A stretch of DNA of 64,000 nt from Minisyncoccia bacterium (GCA_965662335.1 CBFIGQ010000047.1:13131-77130); one strand, 5' to 3'; shown: positions 39,339 through 50,039, counted from the stretch's first letter. Translations and numbers: made by a program. Notes: generated by a model not told the origin, from the letters alone.

Positions 39339-42287
39339 ATGGAAGCATTTGAGAAAGCATACCAATCCCTAAATCCTGAGCAAAAAAGGTCAGTAGAGAC
39401 CATAGAAGGACCAGTCATGGTCGTTGCTGGGCCAGGTACAGGCAAGACCCAAGTGCTAGCACTGCGCATCGCGCATATATTGCGCGCAACAGATACACCC
39501 CCTGATGGCGTGCTGTGTCTTACTTTTACCAATGCTGGTGTGCAGGCAATGCGTGAACGTCTCTCTCGATATATTGGGGCGGCAGCTACGAGAGTACGTA
39601 TAGCAACCTTTCATGCATTTGCCATGGAGGTAGTTGAAGAATGGTATGAAGTGTTGGGTACAAAAGTGCCGCCGACGCTTCTTGAGGATGCGGCAACTGT
39701 TGCACTCTTTGATGAGATACTTCAAGCAAATGAATGGAAACAGCTTCGTCCGCGCGCGAACCCTTCGATGTACTACAAAGACATCAAGTCTCTCATTGGT
39801 GTTTTGAAGCGGGAGCGTATCACTCCGGCGGACTTTAGAACGCAGATAGAAGAGGAGAGCGCTAGACTTAGCAATGATCCTACTAGTATCTCATCCCGCG
39901 GAGAAACAAAAGGCAAACTCAAAAAGGAGGTCGAAGCAAAACTTCAGAGCCTGGCGCGCAGTCTTGAGGTTGCGGATTTTTATGAGCAATACGAATCACT
40001 TAAAGGCGAGCGTTCTCTTATTGACTATGCGGATGTGCTTGAACTTTTGGTACGAGTTGTTGAGGAAAGTGAAGATGCGCGAGACACACTTCGCGAGCGG
40101 TTTTTGTATGTACTTGTCGATGAGCATCAGGACTCGACCGGCATTCAAAATGAATTTTTAGAGAAAGTATGGAAAGGAGTAGAGCAGCCAAACCTATTTG
40201 TTGTAGGTGATGATCGACAGCTTATTTATGGATTTGGCGGAGCATCGCTTGCGTACTTTGAAGGGTTTAAACACCTGTTTGGTACGGCCACTCTTATTAC
40301 ACTCACGCGCAACTATCGTTCAACCCAGACGGTGCTTGACGCAGCAGAGGCACTGCTCTCAAGTACGCTTGCGGAGGGCAAGCTTGTTGCTACAAATGAT
40401 GGTGCACACCCACTGCGTCTCATTGCATGTGAGTATCCACGTGATGAAATACTTCGTGCAGGAATAGATATCCAAGAAAAGATACAGAGTGGCGTTGATC
40501 CAAACGAGATGGCTATACTTGTTCCAAAAAATTACCAAGCAAAGGCAGCAATAGAGCTTTTGCGAAGTATGGGTATTCCTGTGGCGGCAGCAACATCGCT
40601 CAAACTTTTTGAGCTTGTGGATACGCAGCGTTTTCTCGCAGTACTTGCAGTTGCTGCCAATCCATACGATATTGTCGCGCTCTCGCGTACTGTTCTCGAT
40701 CCATTGTCAGGTATCCCTAGTGTATCTGGGCATGCATTTCTAGCTCATGCGTATACACGTTCGCTATCTCTCTCTGACCTAGAAGGTGCGCCATATCCAG
40801 AGATCGTTGAGTGGGCCGCGAAACTCAGTGCTTGGGTAGATTTGGCTACGAGAGTAGATGCATATGAACTCATCCAAACAATAGGTACCGAGCTCTTTCT
40901 CACCGACGCAACCGATGATGAAAAGGTGAGGTCACGTGTTGAAATCATTCGCACACTGCTTCATCTGGCACTTTCTCAAGCAGAAAAAGCGGGCCGCGTT
41001 GCAATTAAAGACTATCTATCATTTATACAGCGGCTCAAGGAGTATGGAGAAGATATTCCGCTTGCCGTTTTTGGAGCGCAGCAGGGTGTAAAGGTGCTCA
41101 CACTGCATGGATCAAAAGGGCTCGAGTTTGAAAGTGTATGGATTGCGCATATGGATGAGCGGTCTCTCATGAGTAGTCGCAGGCAGGCATTTGCGCTCCC
41201 TGAGACAATTGGAATGCTTTTGCAAGAGGAGTCTGAGGATGTTGCAAAAAGACAGCTCTATGTGGCAATGACGCGTGCAAAAAAGTATCTCACTATCTCC
41301 TATGCTTCTCTGAGTTACACAGGCAAAGATCAACAACTCGCATCTATTATTTTTGAATTACCCGAGACCTTGTTTACAAAAGAGTCTCAGGAAGAAAGCG
41401 AAAAAGCAATTCTAACGCATAGCCCTACGACATATGTAGCTCGAAAGGCTGCAGAGACTATTGATCAAGAAATAATGGTCAAGGAGCTAGTGAAAAATGA
41501 GTACGACAAAAAGAAGCTGTCAGTCACGATGCTCAACAACTTTTTTGAATGCCCATGGAAATGGTATTTCCGAAATCTTCTTTGTTTGCCGGAAGTATTG
41601 ACCGACTCACTTCATATCGGAAACATTGTCCACGAAACCATAGAGCACGTATTGCGTGGTGGTGAGGAGATAGAAAAGGAGCTCATGCGCGTTGCACTCA
41701 TTGAAACCCGAGGAGATGAACATAAGGCACACCGATATATGCGTGAAGCATTTCCTATAGTTACTCGGTGGCAAGACACTTATCAATCTTCTATTTCTGG
41801 ATCGTATGAAGTAGAGCGCAGTCTTTCATATCGCGATCCAGAATTTGCACACCTCACGATAACAGGAAAAATTGATCTTTTGGAGCATTTGAGCGATGCA
41901 TCGGTGCGGGTCACTGACTGGAAGACAGGAACCCCAAAGACGAATGCAGACATCGATAAAACAGATGAAGAAGGTCGCATGTCGCCCTACCTTCGACAGC
42001 TCGCCATGTATTCGTACCTACTCAGCCGAACCTCTAAGGGAAATACTGTTGTACAAGAAGCGAGACTCGTATTTCTTGAAGCAAAAGACGGAGATAAAAA
42101 TAGCATACAAGCACGCAGCATTGGGCGCTTGCAGCGTGAGTTACTTCACAAAGATATACAGGACTATGATGAACTGCTCAAAAGTGGACAGTGGATGCAC
42201 AGACCATGTCGTGTCAAAACGTATAACGGGGAAGTATGCGAATACTGCGCGCTTGCAGAGCGGTTTGGTGTAGTGAATAAAGACTAG
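39339..42287 (+). CDS. UvrD/PcrA-type SF1 helicase fused to PD-(D/E)XK nuclease with putative Fe-S cysteines (AddA/AdnB-like)
   Basis: AGPGTGKT, VDEHQD, VGDDRQ, NYRS, KGLEF, YVAMTRA; GKID..DWKTG, QLAMY; one Cys before and C..C..C after the nuclease domain. Confidence 0.92.
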   Translation: MEAFEKAYQSLNPEQKRSVETIEGPVMVVAGPGTGKTQVLALRIAHILRATDTPPDGVLCLTFTNAGVQAMRERLSRYIGAAATRVRIATFHAFAMEVVEEWYEVLGTKVPPTLLEDAATVALFDEILQANEWKQLRPRANPSMYYKDIKSLIGVLKRERITPADFRTQIEEESARLSNDPTSISSRGETKGKLKKEVEAKLQSLARSLEVADFYEQYESLKGERSLIDYADVLELLVRVVEESEDARDTLRERFLYVLVDEHQDSTGIQNEFLEKVWKGVEQPNLFVVGDDRQLIYGFGGASLAYFEGFKHLFGTATLITLTRNYRSTQTVLDAAEALLSSTLAEGKLVATNDGAHPLRLIACEYPRDEILRAGIDIQEKIQSGVDPNEMAILVPKNYQAKAAIELLRSMGIPVAAATSLKLFELVDTQRFLAVLAVAANPYDIVALSRTVLDPLSGIPSVSGHAFLAHAYTRSLSLSDLEGAPYPEIVEWAAKLSAWVDLATRVDAYELIQTIGTELFLTDATDDEKVRSRVEIIRTLLHLALSQAEKAGRVAIKDYLSFIQRLKEYGEDIPLAVFGAQQGVKVLTLHGSKGLEFESVWIAHMDERSLMSSRRQAFALPETIGMLLQEESEDVAKRQLYVAMTRAKKYLTISYASLSYTGKDQQLASIIFELPETLFTKESQEESEKAILTHSPTTYVARKAAETIDQEIMVKELVKNEYDKKKLSVTMLNNFFECPWKWYFRNLLCLPEVLTDSLHIGNIVHETIEHVLRGGEEIEKELMRVALIETRGDEHKAHRYMREAFPIVTRWQDTYQSSISGSYEVERSLSYRDPEFAHLTITGKIDLLEHLSDASVRVTDWKTGTPKTNADIDKTDEEGRMSPYLRQLAMYSYLLSRTSKGNTVVQEARLVFLEAKDGDKNSIQARSIGRLQRELLHKDIQDYDELLKSGQWMHRPCRVKTYNGEVCEYCALAERFGVVNKD

Positions 42288-42307
42288 TTTGTTGCTATAC
42301 TTGTGCT

Positions 42308-44536
42308 ATGCACGTACGCGCATTTTTCGGCGCTCATAAAAAGACCATACTCGCACTTGCTATTGCAAGCATCTTTTCAGTTGCTACAGCATATGCAACT
42401 CCACCCGGCTCTGCATATACACCAGGAGAAACACTTGATCCAACCTGTGCTCCAGGAGATACGAATTGTACGGTATCTATGTCAGGAAACTCACTCCTTG
42501 GTTCGACTTCAACTCTGGGGGGTGAGTCATGGTTTGGGGTTGATGTTGACGAGATTTCAGGTAGTAATGCATCAGTTGATGGGACTGTATTTATTGGGAG
42601 TCATGCAGGACACAGTACGGTCGGGTCTGGCAAGATTGTTGCGATAGGATACGGCTCAGGCGCTGGCGCATCCAATGCTTCAGAGGCAATTTTTATCGGT
42701 TCTGGAGCCGGAACAGCTGCTACTGATTCAGAAGGTGCAATTTTTATCGGCTCTGGATCCGGGGTAAGTGCTGCTGACTCAGGAGGTGCAGTGGTGATTG
42801 GAGCATCTGCCGGGTTTCTTTCATCAACACTTACTAGCTCAGTAATTTTAGGAGCGTACAGTGCACTTAGTTCTTCTTCACTTCTAAATTCATTTATTGC
42901 AGGTACAAGTACTGCTACGTCTACTGAAAATATTTCAGACAGTATTATAGTAGGACTTAATGCAGGAGATCATAGCTCTTTGTTTACTAATGCAGTGTTG
43001 ATTGGAACCAGTGCAGGACGCTCAGCAAGTACCATAGATAATAGTGTGTTGATTGGAACCAGTGCAGGATATAATACTTTGGCAACTGATGCTGTATATA
43101 TTGGAAATCAAGCTGGGTATGGCGCAACCAACTCCTCTGATGGAGTATTCCTAGGTTTGCAAGCCGGATACGGAGCAACTGATGCCTTTGATTCATTTTT
43201 TGCAGGTACAACTGCGGGGTACGAAGCGACCGATGCAACCGACGCTATTTTTATTGGAACCGAGGCTGGATATCAAGCCATAAATGCCAATTCATCAGTA
43301 TTTTTAGGCATCGGAAGCGGAAAGCAGGCAACTGATGCAGTAAACTCAGTGTTTATTGGTCCAAATAGCGGATTTGAGGCAACGAATGCCAATCAGTCTG
43401 TTTTCTTAGGACAAGATGCAGGAAGGGATGCCACCGCTGCTTCAGCCTCTGTGTTTTTAGGTGAGGCAGCTGGTGCGAATGCAACTAATGCCTATGTTTC
43501 TAGCTTCATTGGACCAGGGGCTGGTGCGAATGCAACTAATGCTCAAATTTCAAATTTCTTTGGGTTTAATGCTGGATACGGTGCGACAAACGCTGAACTT
43601 TCTATATTTATGGGGGTTAATGCTGGTGAGTTCGCAGAAAACGCACGAAACTCTATTTTCCTGGGCAATTCTGCAGGTGAGCAAGATTTGGTAGATAACG
43701 GCGGGGATTTAAATGATTATTCAATTTTAATTGGGAATAATACATCAACAGGTGGATACTCAAACTCTATTGCGCTAGGGGCATATGCAATAAACACAGA
43801 CAACAATCAAGTAATGATCGGAAGTGTTGATAGGTCAATTGAAGAAGTTGTTATAAATGGAAGCTCAGGCCAGTCATGTACTATTAGGCCGGATACTGCC
43901 GGTATCAATTGCTCATCTGATGAACGGCTCAAGACCAACATCCAGGACCTAGAGTCGACACTCGATACGCTCATGAATGTTCGCACAGTAATGTACAACT
44001 GGAAAAATACTCCTGATTCAAATGAGCAGATTGGGTTTATCGCGCAAGACCTCAAGGATATTTTCCCAACCCTTGTTACTACTGCATCCAATGGATACCT
44101 CCAAGTTAACTACGCAGGGATGACACCTATTTTGGTAAAGGCAATCCAAGAGCTTAATGCCAAGATCGATTCTATTGCTGGTATATCAACTGAAAAAGAT
44201 AGCATGTTCGGACACGTAATGGCATGGCTTGCGAACGCATCCAACCACATCACTCGCATATTTACTGGAGAAATCTGTCTTACAGATCCAGATGGCTCGA
44301 GCGAGTGTTTAAACAAGCAAGAACTTAGCCAGCTCAAGCAACTGCTTAGTAGTCCAGCCCAAGAGGTAGAGCAAGATCCGGAGCCGCAAGAACAAACTGA
44401 TGTTCAACAGGAGACAGAACATGAATCAACTACGCCCACAGATGACCTCGCAGAGGAGCCTATCCAGACCATAGAAGAGGTACCACAAGAACCAGTGCAA
44501 GAACCAACACAAGATACTACTGAAATACCAGAATAG
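42308..44536 (+). CDS. Secreted fibre-like adhesin with 17-aa repeats and Peptidase_S74 intramolecular chaperone
   Basis: Signal peptide; about 20 repeats 'N..S.F.G..AG..AT'; SSDERLKTNI...IGFIAQD...VNY......LVKAIQEL. Confidence 0.85.
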   Translation: MHVRAFFGAHKKTILALAIASIFSVATAYATPPGSAYTPGETLDPTCAPGDTNCTVSMSGNSLLGSTSTLGGESWFGVDVDEISGSNASVDGTVFIGSHAGHSTVGSGKIVAIGYGSGAGASNASEAIFIGSGAGTAATDSEGAIFIGSGSGVSAADSGGAVVIGASAGFLSSTLTSSVILGAYSALSSSSLLNSFIAGTSTATSTENISDSIIVGLNAGDHSSLFTNAVLIGTSAGRSASTIDNSVLIGTSAGYNTLATDAVYIGNQAGYGATNSSDGVFLGLQAGYGATDAFDSFFAGTTAGYEATDATDAIFIGTEAGYQAINANSSVFLGIGSGKQATDAVNSVFIGPNSGFEATNANQSVFLGQDAGRDATAASASVFLGEAAGANATNAYVSSFIGPGAGANATNAQISNFFGFNAGYGATNAELSIFMGVNAGEFAENARNSIFLGNSAGEQDLVDNGGDLNDYSILIGNNTSTGGYSNSIALGAYAINTDNNQVMIGSVDRSIEEVVINGSSGQSCTIRPDTAGINCSSDERLKTNIQDLESTLDTLMNVRTVMYNWKNTPDSNEQIGFIAQDLKDIFPTLVTTASNGYLQVNYAGMTPILVKAIQELNAKIDSIAGISTEKDSMFGHVMAWLANASNHITRIFTGEICLTDPDGSSECLNKQELSQLKQLLSSPAQEVEQDPEPQEQTDVQQETEHESTTPTDDLAEEPIQTIEEVPQEPVQEPTQDTTEIPE

Positions 44537-44610
44537 CATTGCAATATAAGGATATTTCACCACTATTTGGGTTAGGAGACTAGGCTAAAATATGCTAAAA
44601 TAAACCATCT

Positions 44611-46656
44611 ATGGCAGCAAAGGCATCAAACTACGGCGCAGAACAGATTTCAGTTCTTGAAGGTCTTGAGCCGGTGCGAAAGCGTCCGGGGATGTACATC
44701 GGTACGACCGGTGTTGATGGCCTCCATCACTTGGTATGGGAGATATTTGATAACTCACGCGATGAAGCAATGGGTGGGTATGCTGATCGTATTGAGGTTA
44801 CTATCCTTCCAGGAAACCGTATTAGAGTGGCAGATAATGGACGTGGTATTCCAGTTGATATACACCCCAAGACAAAGGTAAGTGCACTTGAGACCGTAAT
44901 GACAACACTTCATGCCGGAGGAAAGTTCGGAGGTGATGGATCAGGATATAAAGTGTCTGGAGGACTACACGGAGTAGGTGCATCGGTTGTGAATGCGCTC
45001 TCGACCTATACCCGTGCAGAGGTGCACAAGGACGGCGATATATATGCACAGGAGTACGCAATCGGAGTAAAGAAAGGTGCAGTCAAAAAAGTAGGTAAGA
45101 GCAAAAACACTGGAACGATTATTACCTTTGAGCCAGACCCAACTATTTTTAAAGACACTGTTGTGTTTGACCTAAAAACTATTATTGACAGACTTCGTCA
45201 ACAAGCATATCTCGTAAAGAAACTGCGCGTTACTATCATCGATGCGCGTGAGGTTGCACAAAAATTTGACCCGACAAGCGTGTACTGGATAAAGGAGCTC
45301 GGCCTTGAAGCACCGACGACAACGTACTATTTTGAAGGAGGACTCAAGTCACTTGTTGCACACTACAACAGACTCCAAAAGCCGCTGCATGACACTATTT
45401 TTTATACAGAAAAGGATCAGGATGGAGTCGGAGTAGAGATTGCGCTTCAGTATGTAGATGACATCACTGCGCGCATCGTTCCATTTGCAAACAACATCTA
45501 CAACTCAGAAGGAGGTACTCATATTACCGGATTTAAAACCGCGCTCACTCGCGTACTCAACACGTACGGAAAGAAAAACAATCTCGTAAAGGAAGCAGAT
45601 GGCGCACTCTCAGGAGACGATGTGCTCGAAGGTCTCACAGCTGTGGTGTCTGTAAAACTTGCTGAAATTCAGTTTGAGGGACAGACCAAGGCCAAGCTTG
45701 GTAGTACTGAGGCACAAGGAGCAACGGCGACTGTGTTTGGCGAGGCGTTTAGTGCATTTCTCGAAGAGCATCCAGATGAAGCAAAGGCGATGATCTCAAA
45801 AGGACTTCTTGCGCTTCGTGCGCGCAAGGCGGCAAAAGCTGCAAAGGACTCAATCCTTCGAAAGGGAGCACTCGAAGGTATGACGCTTCCAGGCAAGCTT
45901 GCTGACTGTCAGGCAAAGGATGCCGAAGATGGGGAACTCTTTATCGTAGAGGGAGACTCTGCGGGCGGTACTGCAAAAATGGGGCGCGATCGCCGTACCC
46001 AGGCGATCCTCCCGCTTCGTGGAAAGATTCTCAATGTTGAGCGTGCACGTCTTGATCGTATGCTTGGGTCTGAACAGATCAAGAACCTCGTGATCGCAAT
46101 GGGTACGTCGATCGGGGATACATTTGATATAGAGAAAATTCGTTATCACAAAATCATCATAGCAACTGATGCGGATGTCGACGGTGCACACATCACCACA
46201 CTGATCCTTACGCTCTTTTACCGGTACTTCCGTTCAGTTATAGATGCAGGGTATGTCTATATCGCACAGCCGCCACTCTACAAGATCAAGAAGGGAAAGG
46301 AGATTCACTATGCATACAATGATGATGAGAAGGAACAGCTCATTGGTAGTGAGCAGGTAGAGCTCATCGGTGAAGAAGGTGAGACACCTGTCGAGGAGGC
46401 TGAAGAGACAGAAGAAGAAACAAAGGTAAAGAAAGGAAATAAAGTCTCAGTTCAGCGCTACAAGGGACTGGGAGAAATGAACGCAGAAGAACTCTGGGAG
46501 ACTACTATGGACCCAAACAATCGCGTCCTCAAACAAGTTTCTATTGAAGACGCAGAAGAAGCAAATCAGATATTTGATATATTGATGGGTAGTGAAGTTG
46601 CGCCACGCAAGAGCTTTATCCAGTCAAATGCCAAGATGGCAAATCTCGACATCTAA
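44611..46656 (+). CDS. gyrB: DNA gyrase subunit B
   Basis: VRKRPGMYIG, GGLHGVG, EGDSAGG, PLRGKILN, DADVDG, QRYKGLGEM. Confidence 0.97.
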   Translation: MAAKASNYGAEQISVLEGLEPVRKRPGMYIGTTGVDGLHHLVWEIFDNSRDEAMGGYADRIEVTILPGNRIRVADNGRGIPVDIHPKTKVSALETVMTTLHAGGKFGGDGSGYKVSGGLHGVGASVVNALSTYTRAEVHKDGDIYAQEYAIGVKKGAVKKVGKSKNTGTIITFEPDPTIFKDTVVFDLKTIIDRLRQQAYLVKKLRVTIIDAREVAQKFDPTSVYWIKELGLEAPTTTYYFEGGLKSLVAHYNRLQKPLHDTIFYTEKDQDGVGVEIALQYVDDITARIVPFANNIYNSEGGTHITGFKTALTRVLNTYGKKNNLVKEADGALSGDDVLEGLTAVVSVKLAEIQFEGQTKAKLGSTEAQGATATVFGEAFSAFLEEHPDEAKAMISKGLLALRARKAAKAAKDSILRKGALEGMTLPGKLADCQAKDAEDGELFIVEGDSAGGTAKMGRDRRTQAILPLRGKILNVERARLDRMLGSEQIKNLVIAMGTSIGDTFDIEKIRYHKIIIATDADVDGAHITTLILTLFYRYFRSVIDAGYVYIAQPPLYKIKKGKEIHYAYNDDEKEQLIGSEQVELIGEEGETPVEEAEETEEETKVKKGNKVSVQRYKGLGEMNAEELWETTMDPNNRVLKQVSIEDAEEANQIFDILMGSEVAPRKSFIQSNAKMANLDI

Positions 46657-46692
46657 CAAAAATCCTCCAGGTACCTGGAGGATTTTTGTTAA

Positions 46693-46881
46693 TTACATAG
46701 CCTTTTTAATGAGTTCTTTGAGTTCGGTAATGTGGGATTCTTTATCAGCTTCAAGTTTGGTCCAAAATGCTTTTTCTTCGTCTGAGAGCGCCTCGTTTTG
46801 ATAATTGTTTTTGATACGCCAGAGACTTTTTGATTCTTGGGTAAGCTGGTGCATCAGGTTGTATACATTGTTTGTTTCCAT
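46693..46881 (-). CDS. Small ferritin-like helical protein
   Basis: NNVYNL..QL.QE.KSLWRI..NY...A......FW..L..DKE.H. Confidence 0.7.
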   Translation of the reverse strand: METNNVYNLMHQLTQESKSLWRIKNNYQNEALSDEEKAFWTKLEADKESHITELKELIKKAM

Positions 46882-46897
46882 AGTAAAGAGTATAGCA

Positions 46898-48136
46898 CTA
46901 GAGCGAACGATTTTTGATTTCACTAGTAATTCGTTCAATAAATGCTTCAAGTGTAACGCCTTCGAGTTTTAGATCATTTCTACCTTCTACCGTAATCGCG
47001 TGCGATTCTTGCTCCTTTTCTCCAATAATGATTTGGTATGGTATTTTCTCAGTTTTTGCATTTCGTATACGTTTGCCAAGACTATCACTAGTATCAAGTA
47101 TGGTCCGAACGCCAGCATCTTTAAGTACCGATTCTATACTCTGTGCATAGGCTGTAAACTGCTCGCTCACGGGTAGGATTGCAACCTGTACTGGTGAGAG
47201 CCAAAGCGGAAATGCACCGCGATACTTTTCGATAAGAAAGGCCATGATGCGCTCGATAGCACCAATCGAAGAACGGTGTACGACAAATGCCTGATGCTCT
47301 AGTCCATCTTCACCGGTATAAGTGAGATTAAACCGTGCAGGCATACAGAAGTCATACTGTACGGTAAATGCAGTATCTTCTTTGCCATTTACATTCTTCA
47401 TCTGAATATCTATTTTGGGACCGTAGAACGCAGCCTCATCTGTTGCCTCCTCAAACTTTGACCCGCGGGCTTTCATGAGATCTCGAAGAAGACCTTCACC
47501 TTTCTCCCATGCCTCGTCATTTTTGTAGTACTTTTCAGTATTAGTGCGGTCTCCAAGTGAGAGACGATAGCGATAGTCTACGTCTAGGGTAAGTCCAAAT
47601 ACACTAGTCACATATTCAATCAAGTCGAGTGCTTTGCCTATTTCCTCTACTGCCTGTTCCTCGTTTGCGCAGATAATGTGTGCATCAGCTAGACAAAAGG
47701 TGCGAACACGCTGGAGTCCCATGAGTTCTCCTGATTGTTCATACCGATACAGTTGGGCAAGCTCCGCGATACGCATTGGGAGTTCTCGATAACTGTGCGG
47801 CTTTGAAAGATAGAGCTCAAAGTGGTGCGGACAGGTCATAGGGCGAAGCATGAATTCTTCGTCATCAATCTGTATTGGCGCGTACATTGAGTCTTTGTAG
47901 TGAGGGTAGTGGCCGCTCTTTTTGTAGAGATCGAGTTTTGCGATGTCAGGGGTCGTGACATGGAGGTACCCTCGTCGGATTTCTTCGTCGATAATAAACC
48001 TCTCGAGCTCACGCCTAATTGTTGCGCCTTTCGGGAGCCAGAGAGGAAGACCTTTGCCGACCGTATCAGAGAAAGTGAAGAGCTCAAGTTCTCGACCAAG
48101 TTTTTTGTGATCTGCGTGTTCTATAGATTCAGACAT
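46898..48136 (-). CDS. thrS: Threonyl-tRNA synthetase lacking N-terminal TGS and editing domains
   Basis: Starts at DHKKLGRELELF; RPMTCPHH, RYEQSGEL.GL.RVR, AFYGPKID, HRS..G..ER, anticodon domain. Confidence 0.96.
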   Translation of the reverse strand: MSESIEHADHKKLGRELELFTFSDTVGKGLPLWLPKGATIRRELERFIIDEEIRRGYLHVTTPDIAKLDLYKKSGHYPHYKDSMYAPIQIDDEEFMLRPMTCPHHFELYLSKPHSYRELPMRIAELAQLYRYEQSGELMGLQRVRTFCLADAHIICANEEQAVEEIGKALDLIEYVTSVFGLTLDVDYRYRLSLGDRTNTEKYYKNDEAWEKGEGLLRDLMKARGSKFEEATDEAAFYGPKIDIQMKNVNGKEDTAFTVQYDFCMPARFNLTYTGEDGLEHQAFVVHRSSIGAIERIMAFLIEKYRGAFPLWLSPVQVAILPVSEQFTAYAQSIESVLKDAGVRTILDTSDSLGKRIRNAKTEKIPYQIIIGEKEQESHAITVEGRNDLKLEGVTLEAFIERITSEIKNRSL

Positions 48137-48219
48137 TTCCCAATAGTATCATTACTACAAGCTTTTTTCGAGATATTGACAAAATTCTATTTTTTGTTAT
48201 TTTATCTAAAACCTATGAC

Positions 48220-48756
48220 ATGAATTTATTTCGTATTGAATCCTCAAATCATTTGGACACAGCTCGCCAATTGAGAACGTTCATTGAAAAATTACCTATA
48301 ACAGCACAGTTACGATTCCTTGCTAAATCATCATATTCACGTACTTTTGCTGATACTGTTATTGTATTTAATGATGCAGGAGACTATGTATTACTAAAGG
48401 TGACTCAGCCAACAGAGAGTACTAAAGAAATTCGAGATATTCCTGAATGGCGTGAAGATGTTGCAAAGCGGTGTGTAGAAACAGAAACAAAGGAAAACCT
48501 TAAAGTTATTTCGACCCCCATTACAATTGGTATTAAAAAGAGTAAAAATAGTCACCCTCATCCAGATTTGTATGGAAAAGATTTTTATAAATACACCATG
48601 CTAATTACTGGGTATGCAGGCATTATTCACTCTTTACCAGATTTAATATGGGTAAAGCGCAAATTGCTTCCAAAAATCTTTGTACCAGATGGAAATATTC
48701 CACACCCGCAAGTGTATGCATATAATGATTTTATAAAGTATTGTAGCAATATGTAG
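48220..48756 (+). CDS. AT-rich ORFan, possibly a degenerate NUDIX fold
   Basis: VIVFND.G..VLLK and VAKRCVETET resemble a decayed Nudix box; TTGACA upstream and hairpin terminator. Confidence 0.55.
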   Translation: MNLFRIESSNHLDTARQLRTFIEKLPITAQLRFLAKSSYSRTFADTVIVFNDAGDYVLLKVTQPTESTKEIRDIPEWREDVAKRCVETETKENLKVISTPITIGIKKSKNSHPHPDLYGKDFYKYTMLITGYAGIIHSLPDLIWVKRKLLPKIFVPDGNIPHPQVYAYNDFIKYCSNM

Positions 48757-48829
48757 TCTTAGGCCTTTTGAGATTTCAGAAGGCCTTTTTATTTACAAAA
48801 TTCTGTCTTTGCGCTATAGTGTCAGTACT

Positions 48830-49039
48830 ATGGTAGTACGAATGAGACACACACGGGCGCATACTGCAAATCGACGCAGTCATCACGCGCTCAAATCACC
48901 TGCGCTTTCAACAGACAAGAGCGGTGCTTCACATATTCGCCACAAGGCAACGCTTGATGGTATGTACAAAGGACGATCAGTAGGCACCGACCAGGTCAAA
49001 AAAGTTATTAAGAAGCAAAAGAGAGCAGCTAAGAAATAA
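48830..49039 (+). CDS. rpmF: 50S ribosomal protein L32 (Cys-less form)
   Basis: MVVRMRHTRAHT.NRRSHHAL...RH....G.YKGR; upstream of nusB-rnc. Confidence 0.9.
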   Translation: MVVRMRHTRAHTANRRSHHALKSPALSTDKSGASHIRHKATLDGMYKGRSVGTDQVKKVIKKQKRAAKK

Positions 49040-49060
49040 CCACTTATACATTTGTTCTTT

Positions 49061-49972
49061 ATGGCAAACCGGCACCTTTCTAGATCTATAGTCCTCCAGG
49101 CCCTCTTTGAGTGGGACTTTGCCGGCATGCCCGAAGATCTCAAAGGTATTATCGACCGTGATATTGCTGAGTTTGCTCCTGGACATAGTGATAATGCTTT
49201 TATTTACACTCTTGCCGAGCTCGTCCAGCGCAAGCAGACAGTTATCGACGATATTCTCTCAAAGGCAGCGCCCGAGTGGCCACTGCCAAAAATTTCAAAT
49301 GTCGATCGTAATATATTGCGCATGGGGCTCGCCGAGCTATTGTTTGGTGACCGTGAGCAGGTGCCGCCAAAGGTTGCTATTAACGAGGCGATAGAGCTTG
49401 CAAAAAACTTTGGAGGAGAAAACTCTGGAAAGTTTGTAAACGGAGTACTGGGCGCGGTGTACAAAGAGATCGGTGAGCCGGGCAAGGATCAGATCTCAAA
49501 ACCACGAGCTCAAAAAGAAAAAGTCCCAGAGGAACCTATCGACATATCAAAGCTTCCTGTTGAAGCAAAAGGAGGTGGTATCGTGCATGCACGCGAGGAC
49601 GGGGTGGACTATGTAGCGCTCGTGCATGATGTCTTTGGATACTGGACACTACCAAAAGGAGGTATGGAAGAAGGTGAGACTATAGATCAGACCGCAAAGC
49701 GAGAGATCGAAGAGAAGCTCGGCATACCAGTTGAGCTTGGTCCAGAAATAGGAGCTATTGAGTATGTTGCGTCTCATCCTGAAAAAGGGAAGCTGCTTAA
49801 AAAAGTCGTCTTTTATCTGGCGGAGGCGAAGTACCAGGCGCTTGATCTCCATACCAACGGAGGGCTCGATAAGGCAGAGTGGTTCCAGCTCCATGAGGTG
49901 GTTGACCTTACGGTATACGATGATATATTACCTCTTATCGCAAAGGCGATTGAAAAAATTACTACTAAATAA
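49061..49972 (+). CDS. nusB: NusB fused to C-terminal NUDIX-like domain
   Basis: RHLSR...LQALF, VDRNILR, VAINEAIELAK.FG, FVNGVLG; WTLPKGG...REIEEKLG. Confidence 0.92.
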   Translation: MANRHLSRSIVLQALFEWDFAGMPEDLKGIIDRDIAEFAPGHSDNAFIYTLAELVQRKQTVIDDILSKAAPEWPLPKISNVDRNILRMGLAELLFGDREQVPPKVAINEAIELAKNFGGENSGKFVNGVLGAVYKEIGEPGKDQISKPRAQKEKVPEEPIDISKLPVEAKGGGIVHAREDGVDYVALVHDVFGYWTLPKGGMEEGETIDQTAKREIEEKLGIPVELGPEIGAIEYVASHPEKGKLLKKVVFYLAEAKYQALDLHTNGGLDKAEWFQLHEVVDLTVYDDILPLIAKAIEKITTK

Positions 49973-50039
49973 TCTATGGAGTGCATAGATTGCGGACTAC
50001 CATATAGCCTGTAACCTATACGCTCTAGCTACAACAACT

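Noticed and set aside
42308-44536. Prophage suggested by the tail-fibre/S74 gene
   Set aside because: The gene has a signal peptide, is flanked by core genes, and no other phage genes are present
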